DNA of 64,000 nt from Azolla caroliniana. Taxonomy: Eukaryota > Plantae > Polypodiophyta. The notes beneath the pieces are model-generated. The model saw only the letters and a program-made list of their open reading frames with translations, did no database searches and was not told where the DNA came from. The stretch spans positions 10,788,001-10,852,000 of the forward strand of contig JBHGNT010000021.1 in the NCBI GenBank assembly GCA_043228905.1, read 5' to 3'. Within the stretch, counting starts at the first letter, position 1. Every line of letters begins with the position of its first letter. A program made the translations under genes and the position numbers. Positions 35,378 to 47,800 of this stretch are shown piece after piece.

Positions 35378-37981
35378 ATGAATTCTGAGGTGCAATGCGG
35401 CTGGCTGGCTCATCAGAGGATACGTTGGATGTGCTGGGGGGGATCTGCCCTCCATTCTGTCCCACAGAGGAGAGCACAGCAAGGGAATGCCTGTTCTCTA
35501 CACACATATCTCTCCTCACTCAGGGCCTGCACAACACAAAGAGATGGTCGTGCACGGGCTACAGCTATACACGTGGAGGTTGCGAGGATGGGGTTGCTGG
35601 ATACCCTTGCCCCCACGTTGGTCACAACATATGCAAGATGCGGTGCTATTTCTAAGGCACAGGAAGTGTTTGACAGTATCCACGTGCGGGATCTGCACTT
35701 GTGGAATACACTGATGGAAGCTTTTACGAAACATGGACTAAGTGAGAAGGTTCTTGAGTGTTGTGAGCAAATGCATGCTGAGGGTGTCCATCCTGATGCT
35801 GTGACATACATTTTCAGCTTGAAGGCATGTGGTTCTGTAGGTGCTAAACACAAGGGCTGTAAATTACATGCTGAAATTCAAAGGAGGGGGTTTCTGCAGA
35901 AGAATGTCTTTATTGGTACCAGTTTGATTGATATGTATGCGAAATGCGGCTTGCTTCTGAAAGCCCAAGAGGTCTTTAAACAACTTCCATGTAGAAATGT
36001 GGTTACCTGGACTGCATTAATTGCGGGATGTGCACTGCATGGAAAAGGCAAGGAAGCTCTTTCATATTATAGTGAGATGCAAACTGATGGCGTGACTCCG
36101 AATGCCGTCACTTATGTGTGTATCTTGAGAGCATGTTGGAGCATAGGAGCCATCGACAAGGCCCAAGAGGTACATGCTCATATTCAAAGACATGAGCTGT
36201 TGGTAAAAGACATTGTTGTTGGTAATACCTTGATTGATATGTATGCCAAGTTTGGATTACTATCCAAAGCACGGAAAGTATTTGATAAACTCCCCGCTCG
36301 AAATGTAGTTTCCTGGACTGCACTTATTGCAGGATATACTGAACATGGCCATGGTGATGAGGCTCTGAAGTGTTTCCGAGAGATGCAATATAAGGGTATC
36401 TCTCCCAATGCAGCTACTTTCATTTGCGGCTTGAAAGCATGCAGTAGCATTGGAGCCATAGCTGACGGCCAAGAAATACATGTTGAGATTGAAAGAAGGA
36501 AATTGTTGAACGCATTTCCTCTTCTTGGAAATGCCTTGGTCGATATGTATGCAAAATGTGGAAACCTCTCAAAAGCACAAGAAATTTTTGATCAACTTCC
36601 CACGCGAGATATTGTCTCATGGAATTCTTTGCTTGCGGGATATGTTGAACATGGCCATGGTGAGGAAGTTCTCATGTATTTTGAAAAAATGCAGCAGGAT
36701 TGTGTCACTCCTGATGCAGTCACATTTGTTTGCAGCTTGAAAGCTTGTGGTGGCACAGGGGCCATAGAAAAAGGCCAAGAAATACATGTTGAGGTTGAAA
36801 GAAAAAGACTAGTGGAAAGTAATCCTTTCATCGGCAGCACTTTGGTTGATATGTATGCTAAATGTGGATTGCTTGGGAAGGCTTTGGACATTTTCAATAG
36901 GCTTCTGGTTCGAGATGTAATATCGTGGAATGCTATAATTGCAGGATATGCCAATAATGGATTTGGTGAAGAAGCTCTGAAGTACTATGGATTGATGCAA
37001 GCAGAAGGTGTTTCACCAGATGTAGTAACATTTCTTTCTGGCCTGAGAGCATGTAGCAGCGTAAAAGAGAAAGATAGGGGGGAGGAAATCCATGAGGAGG
37101 TTGCAAAGAGGGGATGGTTAGATAAAGACGTTCTCCTTGGCGGTACCTTAGTGGATATGTATGCCAAATGTGGATGGCTCATGAAAGCACAACATGTATT
37201 TGATCAGCTTCAAGTTCGAGATGTAGTCCTATGGAATACACTTATTGGAGGATATGTTGAACATGGGCATGCTGAGGTGGCCCTGAAAGTGTTTGAAGGG
37301 ATGCAGCTTGAGGGCATATCCCCTGATGCATCCACCTATATATGCAGCTTGAAAGCCTGTGGCAACTTAGGAGCGGCATGTAAAGGTCTAAAGATACATG
37401 CTGATATTGCTACTAAGTGGTGCTTAGGGGTGCATATTGTTCTTGACAACACATTAATTGATATGTATGCAAAATGTGGATTGCTCTCTGTAGCACAAGA
37501 AGTGTTTGATAAGCTCTCTTTGAGAGATGTAATTTCATGGAATTCTCTAATTGCAGGTTATGCACAACATGGGCAAAGCGGAAATGTTTTCTGTATATTT
37601 GAAAGGATGTTACTAAATGGTGTGAAACCAGATCTAGTGTCTTTTGCTATTATTTTGCATGCATGCAGTCGTATGGGTTTGTTAAATTTAAGTCAAACAT
37701 ACTTTAATGTCATGAGCAAAGATTATGGCATCATTCCCACCATTGATCATCACACTTCAATGGTTGATCTCCTTGGCAGGGTAGGTCAATTAGACAAGGC
37801 AGTGGTAATGATAAATAAGTCACCTGTCTCAAATCACATTGCTATATGGCGTAGAGTACTGGATGCATGTAGGAATTGGGGAAACATTGAGCTTGGGAAA
37901 AGGACTTTTGAGCATGCTGTGCATCTGATTGAAAATAATGATCCAGCCTCTCATCGCATCTATGTTAAACTAGGGATATAG
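35378..37981 (+). CDS. PLS-class pentatricopeptide repeat protein, E subclass (E1 plus truncated E2, no DYW); organellar RNA-editing specificity factor
   Basis: Uninterrupted 867-aa ORF; seven P-L-S triplets (xxWNxLIxGY / xTFxxxLKAC / LIDMYAKCG); P2-L2-S2 ending YGIIPT..MVDLLGRVG; E1 IWRRVLDACRNWGNIELG. Confidence 0.95.
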   Translation: MNSEVQCGWLAHQRIRWMCWGGSALHSVPQRRAQQGNACSLHTYLSSLRACTTQRDGRARATAIHVEVARMGLLDTLAPTLVTTYARCGAISKAQEVFDSIHVRDLHLWNTLMEAFTKHGLSEKVLECCEQMHAEGVHPDAVTYIFSLKACGSVGAKHKGCKLHAEIQRRGFLQKNVFIGTSLIDMYAKCGLLLKAQEVFKQLPCRNVVTWTALIAGCALHGKGKEALSYYSEMQTDGVTPNAVTYVCILRACWSIGAIDKAQEVHAHIQRHELLVKDIVVGNTLIDMYAKFGLLSKARKVFDKLPARNVVSWTALIAGYTEHGHGDEALKCFREMQYKGISPNAATFICGLKACSSIGAIADGQEIHVEIERRKLLNAFPLLGNALVDMYAKCGNLSKAQEIFDQLPTRDIVSWNSLLAGYVEHGHGEEVLMYFEKMQQDCVTPDAVTFVCSLKACGGTGAIEKGQEIHVEVERKRLVESNPFIGSTLVDMYAKCGLLGKALDIFNRLLVRDVISWNAIIAGYANNGFGEEALKYYGLMQAEGVSPDVVTFLSGLRACSSVKEKDRGEEIHEEVAKRGWLDKDVLLGGTLVDMYAKCGWLMKAQHVFDQLQVRDVVLWNTLIGGYVEHGHAEVALKVFEGMQLEGISPDASTYICSLKACGNLGAACKGLKIHADIATKWCLGVHIVLDNTLIDMYAKCGLLSVAQEVFDKLSLRDVISWNSLIAGYAQHGQSGNVFCIFERMLLNGVKPDLVSFAIILHACSRMGLLNLSQTYFNVMSKDYGIIPTIDHHTSMVDLLGRVGQLDKAVVMINKSPVSNHIAIWRRVLDACRNWGNIELGKRTFEHAVHLIENNDPASHRIYVKLGI

Positions 37982-39849
37982 AATGCATGTGATTGAGAAA
38001 ACGAGTGACTTTATAGACATTTAAACCACAGCAAATAGGTTAAGCTGAATATGACTTATGTGCCAAGTTTGAGATAAAAATGATATCAAGGTTTTCTATG
38101 TTTCTGTGATATTCTTATGATGCATAAGAGTCTTCATTATGAAGGTTGGATGAGTTTTACGACACGGGGGACTGTAGGAGGAAGGTTAGGCATCAATCAT
38201 ATCTAGTTGGAGGGCTAGAGCACTTGTGAGGGTGTGTGATTCGGATTCCTAGGTTTTCATGTGGCAAATCATGCATGGGTGGGGGAGGGATCCCCTGATC
38301 CTGAGCAGCCCTTTCTACAATTGGAGTGAGAGGTGCAGCAGATTCGTGTGGATGGAAATGGAAGTGATGGCCCCAAGGATGTAGTATGTACATACTAAGG
38401 TAGTTCCTTCAGAGAACTGTAGTGATATCCGCGCTCTATTGTGTGAAGTGAACCTCTTTTGTAGAGGCATTTACCACCGGTGATAGTGACATTCTTTTAT
38501 GCATTTTGGAGATGATACAAGTTCCATTTGTTAAGGGTCTTCAAGAGATGCATCCACCCCATGCCCAAAAGCTTGACTTGGGTCTTTCAACTTGATTACC
38601 AATGAAATAATAATATACCCTTGCTTATTGACCCTGATATTGTGCACTGATCTCTACCATTCAATACATTGTAGCTGTTGAAGATGTCGTGAGAAGGAAA
38701 TGGTAACATAGTGTTGAGATGTTAAGTGTCCACATCATTTTAGTGACCATTGATTGTGCAAGATTGTCACCATAATTGATGTTGACCAGAGATTGGCGCA
38801 TGTTACTTTGATCATTGCAATAGCCATGCAATTTGAAGGAGTTTATAAGAAAGTTGTTTTTTTCCGTTTGCACATATTCAGCCCCCATGACCTGAATAGT
38901 AGAATTCTATTCCCAGCCAAGAGTGATCCATTGGGTGTTTGTCACTCTTCTTGAAGACACCAACAAGAACTTCAATCTGCAAGAGCATCCATGATAAGGG
39001 AGCTCATAACAAACCACACAATTTCTTTGCCACTTTTATTTATGTTAGATATAACCAAAGATCAACATTAAGTTGTTAGTTTGTCCCCACATGTATTCTT
39101 AGAATACACATTTTGTGATAACACCCCAATTGAGTAGCTATTGTATAACTCGCCCACATGGCTCGATGATACACTTACAAGATAAAGTCCAGGACATCTT
39201 CACAAAGTTTCATTTGAAAAAGACGAGAAAAGGATTTCTTGGAAAGATAACTAATGTTTTCAACAAATTGAGTTGTTGCAAAACATTATTGATAGAATAT
39301 CATTAGGTAATACAATATCATTTTCAATAAAGCGAGTTGATATGAAGCATGTAGATTCCTGAAAACTCTTGTGGGTTCATAGGTAATAGAACATTGTTCA
39401 CGATAAATATTTGCCCCATGACCCAAGGTATGCCAAAACATCAATCAAAACGAACACATCTTTTGCAACTTCTTCCCTCATGAATCCATCGTAAGTGCAT
39501 TGATGTGGTTTAGGGTGAGCTAGTAAATCAACACAAAGTTAAATGCAACAAATTCACCTAGGTAGATCACATAGAGTAATTTACTATATGAAAAGATTAA
39601 GGGACGGTTATAGAATTTGTGATTGACCACATTGATTTTTTTTCAATGTTTTTTTTCTCAATTGTGTTATTTAAATGCACATTTTTATCTATTGTGCTTT
39701 ATTCAACATATTTGAAAGTTTTTTTGTGTTTTGGCCAAAATATGATATTTCAAGACAAAGGAACATGCTTATTCTAGTGTATTTGGTTGTGCTTTGTACA
39801 ACCAAAATTTAATATTTTAAATCTAAGTTATATTTAAACTGGCAACTAG

Positions 39850-40020
39850 CAATGGGCCAAGTTCGGCTCAAATTGAACCAAACCGTTAAACCATGGCTTA
39901 ACAATTTATCACTTGAAAGATAAATAGATAGTTCGGTTTGGTTTGGTTTCATACGTTGTTCAATTTGGTTTCGGTTCGGTTTTGAATGGCATGGTTTATT
40001 CGTTTATCCGTTTCGATTTA
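39850..40020. repeat. Cluster of AACC(G/A)A/TTCGGTT motifs resembling a DNA-transposon (hAT/MITE) subterminal region
   Basis: gaaccaaaccg ... gttcggtttggtttggttt ... ttcggttcggtt. Confidence 0.4.
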
Positions 40021-40300
40021 AAGGTTTATAAGTTAAAAAAATAACCTCTAACTTTCAACTTTCAATTTTAAACCCTAGATTTCAATGTGAACTTTGAAGG
40101 CTTCACTGTCCACTGGCGAGTCTTGAAAAGAATGAAAGAAGGTAGTACATGCACATGCGGCAATGGCCACTTCATCCCTGGTCCGATTGTAGAATTTTCT
40201 ACACACCTCCATACTCCACTCCAGTGGTCTACCTTTACCTCTACTCAAGTTACAACCCCCTATTTTGATAATCTCTTCATTTGACCAATTAATCCAACGT

Positions 40301-41503
40301 TGTCGCGGAAATCTGCGGCTTGTGGGTGGCTCGGGCGGGACCAGCAGGGTCTCGGAACAAGTTGCTGGGAAATGAGTGTCGACTGAGGTTTGCAATGACC
40401 GATCCAGCTTGGTTACCGGAGTCCGTTTAGCGAGCAAGTGGACTAGTAGAACTGTGTCCGATCTGGCTCGGTCACCAGATTCCAGAAGATGAGCACACAG
40501 GCTCTTGGACATGTGCAGATAAGCACAAAACGGAGGAGAGAAGAACAATACATCCCCGGCCACCACAAACAAGTTAGGAATATTGACACAACTTAGAGAG
40601 AGACAAGCAAGCACCCGGATACAACAATGCCAAGAAATCGATTAAACACTGAAAAAGAATACATAGTTGGCCTTGGGTTAGAATTAGAGCTTCAAGCTCA
40701 ACACACACACACACACTAGTGAGATTCTGGTCCAGAGCACACAGACAACCTACGCGAGTAGTGGCCTCCTACTACCCAACCGAATAAGCGGAACAGTTGT
40801 CTGTGCAGTAAACTTATAGCACTCGATCACATCTGAGAACATAGTCCGGCAACACCTTCCCATCCCCAAAAACGTTCGTCATTCTAATAGTTATCATTCC
40901 CTCTTTTTATAGTGCCTAGGAGGGTCGGTTACATCAGGACATTTTGACAGCCGTTTCGGTCAGAGATACCTCCCTAATTTTATACCCTTACATCCTATAA
41001 TTCCTCTTTCTTTCGCAGGCCCATAGCTACCTATTAACTATCCTATCTTGTACTTATTAATGTGCCATTTATTTACAATTGTTTATACAAAACCTTTTTT
41101 ATGTGCATGCGTGTTGTTTATCCTGGGTTGAACTTTAGCCGCGAACACAAGAAATCCCCTTTCCGGAATACGTTTCCAAAGGTGTGGTCAGAGAGATAGA
41201 TTAATGTATACGTATAAATATAAACTATCTGGTTATGTTCCGAAACACATGCATCATACCGGACAATGAATTATGCAAGATACACAAGTACACAAGATAG
41301 ACAATCTTATATTACTCCCATTACACCAAATACATACAATCCGGATCCTTTATATAGGTATCCTGTCCTTGTACAAAACGGTGCAGATCCGGATTGGTAC
41401 ATCCATCCAGACTTGTCCCTTCCTGATATAATTTATTTATAATATATTTTCGGCCTAATCATACTCGCTTCCTTTAGCCAACACATGGCATGCCCGTGGG
41501 ACA
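40301..41503 (-). mobile_element. LTR of the ACGT-associated group (minus strand); distal boundary uncertain
   Basis: The minus-strand end TGGTCCCGCCCGAGCC...GCAGATTTCCGCGACA matches 28345-28386 TGGTCCTGCCCGATCC...GCGGAATACCGCGACA; ACGT at 40297-40300. Confidence 0.65.
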
Positions 41504-42688
41504 GTGCATTGCACGTCGAACCCATGGGTCAGCTCCTCTACTCTTCCTCGAGTATGTCCAAGATGTCTTGGTCGACCGGTTCTAGCCGCTCGTCTTCATC
41601 TGCCGTCTGTTGTTGCGCTTGTCTTTCCGGCTGCTCCGCTTGTGACTTCGGCTACTTCGCTTGTGACTCCGGTTGTTCCGCTTGTGACTTCGGCTGCTCC
41701 GTTTGCGTCTCTAGCTGTGACTTTGACTGGTGCTATTGCTATGTTGAGGTCCCTGGCTCCGCATGTTGGTCTTCATCACTGGGTAAAAGCATGGAAATGG
41801 AAACAATATTATAGCTAATTAGCTGCTAAAATGGCCATAACTATTTAACTATTTGTTTAGCTAATTTTTCGTAAGGATTATTTATGATTTTTTTTTTACA
41901 TTATTACATGTCATTTATTATGGTGAATAGGTAATTTATGGGAATACTCAAACTTTTGAACTTTGGTTTCTAGCGTTGTGGAACCTGTGGAACAGTGCCT
42001 TGATCTAAACTCGACTTGAATGTTAACAAAGTCCTACTAATCTTGAGTTTGAGTTCAAAATCCAAATAGATGGAGTACTTTGAGCATGAATACAAACGAA
42101 GCTCCCACAACAACACAAAAACTCTAATATCGACATTGCATCTTTAGAGCACCAACACGTCAGCAGTTCGATCATCGTCTAGATATGTATCAGTTACACA
42201 TTACATGCATTAAAAGATCTTTTTTTTTCCCTTTCTGATAACTGTAACTATCTTGCATGTTCATCTTTTATAAAAAACGATTAGGGTGAAGTCGTTAGAG
42301 TCTTAGAGAAGGATGTCTCGAAGATCGGGGTGTAGTAGTAGGTGTGTTTCTAATTGTCAAAAATTCTGATTAGGGTTGATTTCATACATATTTCAGATTA
42401 GGGTTTCTGATTTCTTTAAGCAGTTGATTTCTGATTAGGGTTTCTAATTTCTTTAAATGGTTTATTTTTTATTACAGTTGAAAATTTTCAGATTTAGGGT
42501 TGAAATTTTGCATCAATTCACATTTCTGATTTCAATGGTTGTTTGTTTGCAAACTTCCCCCAAACTTGGTTTAGGATTTTGATGGATGTGCCTGATTTTT
42601 TATTTTTTATTCTTCCCTACCAATTATGATTCTAAATACACATGTCTTAGTAGAGCAAAGTTAACATGCATTGATTTTTTATTTCAGG

Positions 42689-43502
42689 TGGCTCGTTCCT
42701 CCATATACGCAAAGTTTTGCGAGACAAAGGAGGACTTCAACAACATATATGGTCTATTAGTGAAGGGTATTGACCCTGCTATTCTAATAGACAAATTGAT
42801 TAGTGATGTAGACTGGTTGTCAGTCTATAAAGTGCCTAGAGTGAAATGGAAGGTGAAGCTAAAGCATGTACGACCAGAGTTGTATGACGACTACATGAGG
42901 CTCCACCAAAAACTACATCAAGAGATCCCGGTCAACAACGAGTTGTCCATTGTATTCACTAGACCTTTTGCATATGACTATTGCAAAACATCAAAGGAAG
43001 CTGAAAAGAATCGAGAGTGTTTCTGTGTAGCGGAAGGACTATGTGTGAGTGTGTATGTGCACAAGAGAGAATGAGAGAGAGAGAGTGAGAGCTCTAAAAC
43101 AAGAAACTGTATATTACATCCAACAGTAACTAAGTTACAAAAAATTCCGGCTACGTAGGAACAATGCACAAATCAAGAACAGGTAGCTAAATCCCTTAAG
43201 AAGCAACTACAATTTGTGGAGGGGATGGTAAGGTGTAGACAAGTATCAGACCTCAACATTCTTACTCACTTACCAAACGTAGGAGAACCAAGCAAGAATA
43301 TATTGATTGTTCAAGCAAGTTGCATTGCTTGCGTCTTAGGCATAGAGGACAAAACGGTTACCCTGTTGGTACACCTATGACCATGCCAACACACATACGA
43401 TATCGCTTGTTTTGCATAATATGCCTGCCACACTGTTGTAGTATATTTGGTGTTTGGTGGATTGCAATACAACTCTCCCTGATGAGTGGAGAAAACAGAC
43501 AG
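42689..43502 (+). pseudogene. Degenerate exons of an unknown, probably transposon-borne gene next to the AGCTAATTAGCT satellite
   Basis: Acceptor tttcag at ~42688; ORF ..DVDWLSVYKVPRVKWKVKLKHVRPELYDDY..; possible donor at ~43503 leading into the satellite. Confidence 0.4.
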
Positions 43503-43529
43503 GTTAATTTGTTGCTTGTCTCTATAGTT

Positions 43530-44442
43530 TGGTAGCTAATTAGTTATAACTTAGCTAATTAGCTAAGCAGTATAAAGTGTGGTAGCTAATTAGCTATTGT
43601 GGTTCAATAGTGTAGTAGCTAATTAGCTACAACGTAGGAAATTAAAAGTGTAGTATAAAGTGTAGAAGCTAATTAGCTAAGCAGTATAAAATGTGATATC
43701 TAATTAGCTATTGTGGTTCTGTACTGAAGTAGCTAATTAGCTATGCAGTATAAAGTTTTGTAGCTAAATAGCTATTCTAGTTCTATAGTGTAGTAGCTAA
43801 TTAGCTACAACATACCTAACTAACTACGCAGTATAAAGCGTAGCAGCTAATTACCTAAGCAGTATAAAGTATTTTAGCTAATTAGCTATTGTGGTTCAGT
43901 AGTGTGGTAGCTAAATAGCTATAACGTAGGTAATTAGCTAAGAAGTATAAATGATAGTAGCTAATTAGCTAAGTAGTATAAAATGTGGTAGCTAATTAGT
44001 TATTATGGTTTTGTACTGAAGTAGCTAATTAGTTACAATTTTGCTAATTAGCTAAGCAATTTAAAGAGTGGTAGCTAATTAGCTATTCTAGTTTTGTAGT
44101 TTAGTCGTTAATTAGCTACAACACTACAGAACCAACTAAGTAGTATAAAGTGTAGCAGCTAATTAGGTAAGTAGTATAAAGTGTGGTGGCTAATAAGTTA
44201 TTTTGGTTCTGTAGTGTAGTAGCTAATTAGGTAAGTAGTATAAAGTGTGGTGGCTAATAAGTTATGTTGGTTCTGTAGTGTAGTAGCTAATTAGTTAAGT
44301 AGTATAGAGTGTGGCAACTAATTAGCTATTCTGGTTCTGTAGTGCATGTCACAACAAATTAGGTGAGCAGTATAAAGTGTGGTAACTAATTAGCTATTCT
44401 AGTTTTGTAATGTAGTAGTTAATTAGCTACAACGTAGCTAAC
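43530..44442. repeat. Second AGCTAATTAGCT satellite array, opposite orientation to 24205-25592
   Basis: Units GTAGCTAATTAGCTA with AGTATAAAGTGTGG spacers. Confidence 0.93.
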
Positions 44443-46206
44443 ACCGATTACTTTAGATAGCACACTAATGTTAAGATCATCAACATCACTATTAAGTAAC
44501 ATCATTAGACTAGACCTTTTTAAGATAAGATCATCTTTGGACTTGCTCATGGATACGAAACTATTACAAAGATTATTTACTAGTACAGATGTTATGTTTG
44601 CATTGAGACCATCACAATCAACTAACTCCTTTATCGACGGATCATTTAATATTGCATAAAGCCCTACCTTCTTGTCTTCATTGCTGATGTGCTTGGTCTA
44701 AACATTGACATAATCTACAACCTTTCTCTCTATGATAGTAGTCTCATTACTCCCATTCTTAGTGGTATTTAGACCTATATTGCAACCAATACAATCCTTA
44801 CCTTTAGTGAATGTGTCTTTCTTATCCTTTAACATTTGACGATGTCAACTTTCCTTTTTTTTCTGCCCAATACTTTCGTGTCGCTTGTTGTGTACTAATT
44901 GCATCATCCCTACCCTGATGATCCATGAGGGTTGTTGGTAAACACCCTCCTTCCCCTTCCATTTGGCTTGACATATTCCTTAGTAAATTGAAACTAAAAA
45001 AAGACACGTAGCTAGCAACTATGTCACATGCAAACCAGTTATTTGCTATTTGATCACACCATTTGTAAGAGCACACAGTGGCGGTAAGTCTATGTTTACT
45101 ACAGTGGCAAGAACAACAATACACAAAATTATTCCGCAATACACAAGATTATACACAACAATACTCAAGATAATCAACAAATGAAGATGTAGATGCAATG
45201 GCTACCAGTCGGAGTGAACAGTTATTTAATGCAACATTATTATTGCTATCTTTTGAGTTCTTTGCCATGTAATCTTGGTTGTTAGATTTTCAATGTTGTC
45301 ATATATTAAGTTGGAGTGGCATTTGGTCGCTATAAAAGAAAACAAATAAAGAATAAGCCCTTTTTCTGGTAATAAAAAATATTTTTGGGGTAATCCAAAT
45401 ACCCACTATTGCTCATTCTCATTGTAACTCTACACTATCTTCCAATGGAAGATAGAATGATCAAATACAGAACTTGCAGTTTTATACTCTTTGATAGAAG
45501 GTTTCTATAAATTTGTACAACCTAACAAAAGACAAATTTATAGGAAGTAAATCAATCACTCACAAAATAGTTCATGAAAGAGGATTGAGCACTATTGCTG
45601 AGCTACGAAAATCATTGCATTTGGGCCAATTTAATAAATGTATTGCTTGAGATCCAAGTTATTGCGGTTTGGCAAAATAAAGGGAAGTGACTTTAGGACG
45701 TGTATATCTTTGATTGTTTAATGCCCTAATTTCCTTCCAAAAAAAACTTGGTATCAACGAACAAGGAATATAGCCACTTAAAATAGATGGAGTGAAGATT
45801 AGTAATCAAACTCTTCTTTGATGCATGTTTTTGATTATGCCATTTACCTTATCTTCCTCCTCTGAATAATCCCTCATCTTTTGCTCCAAGCAACAACGCC
45901 TTCCATTATCATCTACTCCATGCCCATCCAAAGGCATTGGTGAATTGCCAATATTCAAGACGAACCCTCAAAGGAACAAATTTCTTTTTAGTATCACTTC
46001 ATAATACAAAGTTTGTCAATTTACAATTATTCGAACTTCTTGTTTTTGAATTAAAGGAAATCCTTGGCAATGAGAACATAGAGGAGATTGAGCGAAAAGA
46101 AAAAGGGCAACCAAAGATAAAACGTAGATAGACAAGAGGTCGATCATAATGAGAGTATGGGGATAAAGGCCCCAAGAACTCTCCCTTTTTTTTGTATATT
46201 TTGATC

Positions 46207-46747
46207 TGTTAGGAATCAACTAGCCACAACTGGTTACACGTTCGTATTCGGGTGCAGAAAACAAGAGAGCTAATACACAGACAAAAAAAACGTGAAGACA
46301 AGAAAAACAAGTACAGAGAGACACCGGATGTTTAACGTGGAAACCCGAACTAGGAAGACCACGTGGAGTCCATAAACTCCAAACAGATCACTATGGTAGG
46401 GAAGTAGTACAATGAAGAACTCGGAGGCAACGATCTTGAGTTCTCCTTCACTTGAAGGACAACTATAGAGTTGCACTCTCACACTCTCACTCTTCCTCAC
46501 ACAATCACAGACGTAATTACCTCCACTAACTCTATAACAACTAATGATCAACACCCATCTATAAAGTTTACCCTAGTCGTTTTTATACCAAAACAACTTT
46601 CAAGTTATTTACAAGTATGGCCCACAAGGGGCATTTTAGATTATTTACAATTATAGTCTTCTGAATCGATTTCGATTCTCAATTTCGATCTCGGTTGAGG
46701 CCGACTCGGTTATCCTCTTCCCATCCAGAGGGACCTGTTTCCCAACA
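46207..46747 (-). mobile_element. Solo LTR with 5-bp TSD TGATC
   Basis: TGTTAGG...CCCAACA flanked by TGATC at 46202-46206 and 46748-46752. Confidence 0.85.
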
Positions 46748-47800
46748 TGATCCTTCCATGTGAAAGCTTATAGGCATTTACTTTATCTTTATTAACTTTT
46801 TGTCATTGGCCACATATGAACATGCCCAAATGACCTAAAAGTTACTTATCGATAAGAATTAGTCCCAAATCTCTCATAATGATATAAGGACTTTTAGCAT
46901 CTAGGGTTTTCTCTCCATTTTGCTGCACAGTTTCTGTACTTTCTCTCTCCTCACACATCAGTACTGGAAGGTGTTGATTTTTACCAAATGTATGACGTTT
47001 ATCCTCAAGATAACACATTGATTATAGTTAGAAAAATGCATTGAATAATTCAATAAACAAAGTTGATTGCCAATTCAACGAGTGGTTAGAACAATCCACT
47101 TGCACTTGCACCATGTACCTATGCCTTCCTCGTTTCCTCAGCCCCAACATGCATGATATTGCATCCTCTACCGATGACTTCCAGGAGTAAGTTTGTGTGG
47201 GTGTTGATGATAGAACTCCCAGGCTTGTGTGGACAATGATGACTTCCAAGAAGAGCTGTGAGTGTCAGGATTAGCAAGCCGTCGATAGTTACTACAGTCA
47301 CATGCATGCTCTGCTCCAACCAAGTTCCATTTCCTCACCTTATATGGCCTGTCCTTTTCCACATGAGATATTAGATTGACTGAGTTTCTCAGACAAAACT
47401 CAAAAGAGATGTGCGTAAACTCATAGCTAACCAAAACAATCAGTATTATGTCGATTAACATCCTTGAGCATATCTTTCGATAATTTTCAAAATGTGCAGG
47501 GCTATCATTTCATTTGGAGGTCTAATTTTGAGAATTCCTCGATCGAGGTAGAAAAGGCAGCAGGAGAAGATGAAGAAGCAGCTTGTGATTTGGATTGTAT
47601 GTTTAAATGCTAGCATCTAAGCATCTGTGTTTTGCTAATCCATCCTTCTCACACATCAATTTGCAGAGCAGAGGGCTGGATAAATCTGTGACATTTTCCT
47701 GATTTAGATAGTTATACAACAATGGCAAACAATTTGAAAAGTGATCATTGCAATGTGTTGCACACTTCTCATCCATATTGTTCCACACTAATGTTTGCCA

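Noticed and set aside
35395-37182. Short antisense and alternate-frame ORFs over the PPR genes (also 48434-49907)
   Set aside because: Shadows of the PPR reading frame
38140-39560. Possible decayed coding or LINE sequence (also 44460-46200 and 9176-9478)
   Set aside because: No motif I can identify with confidence, so left unannotated
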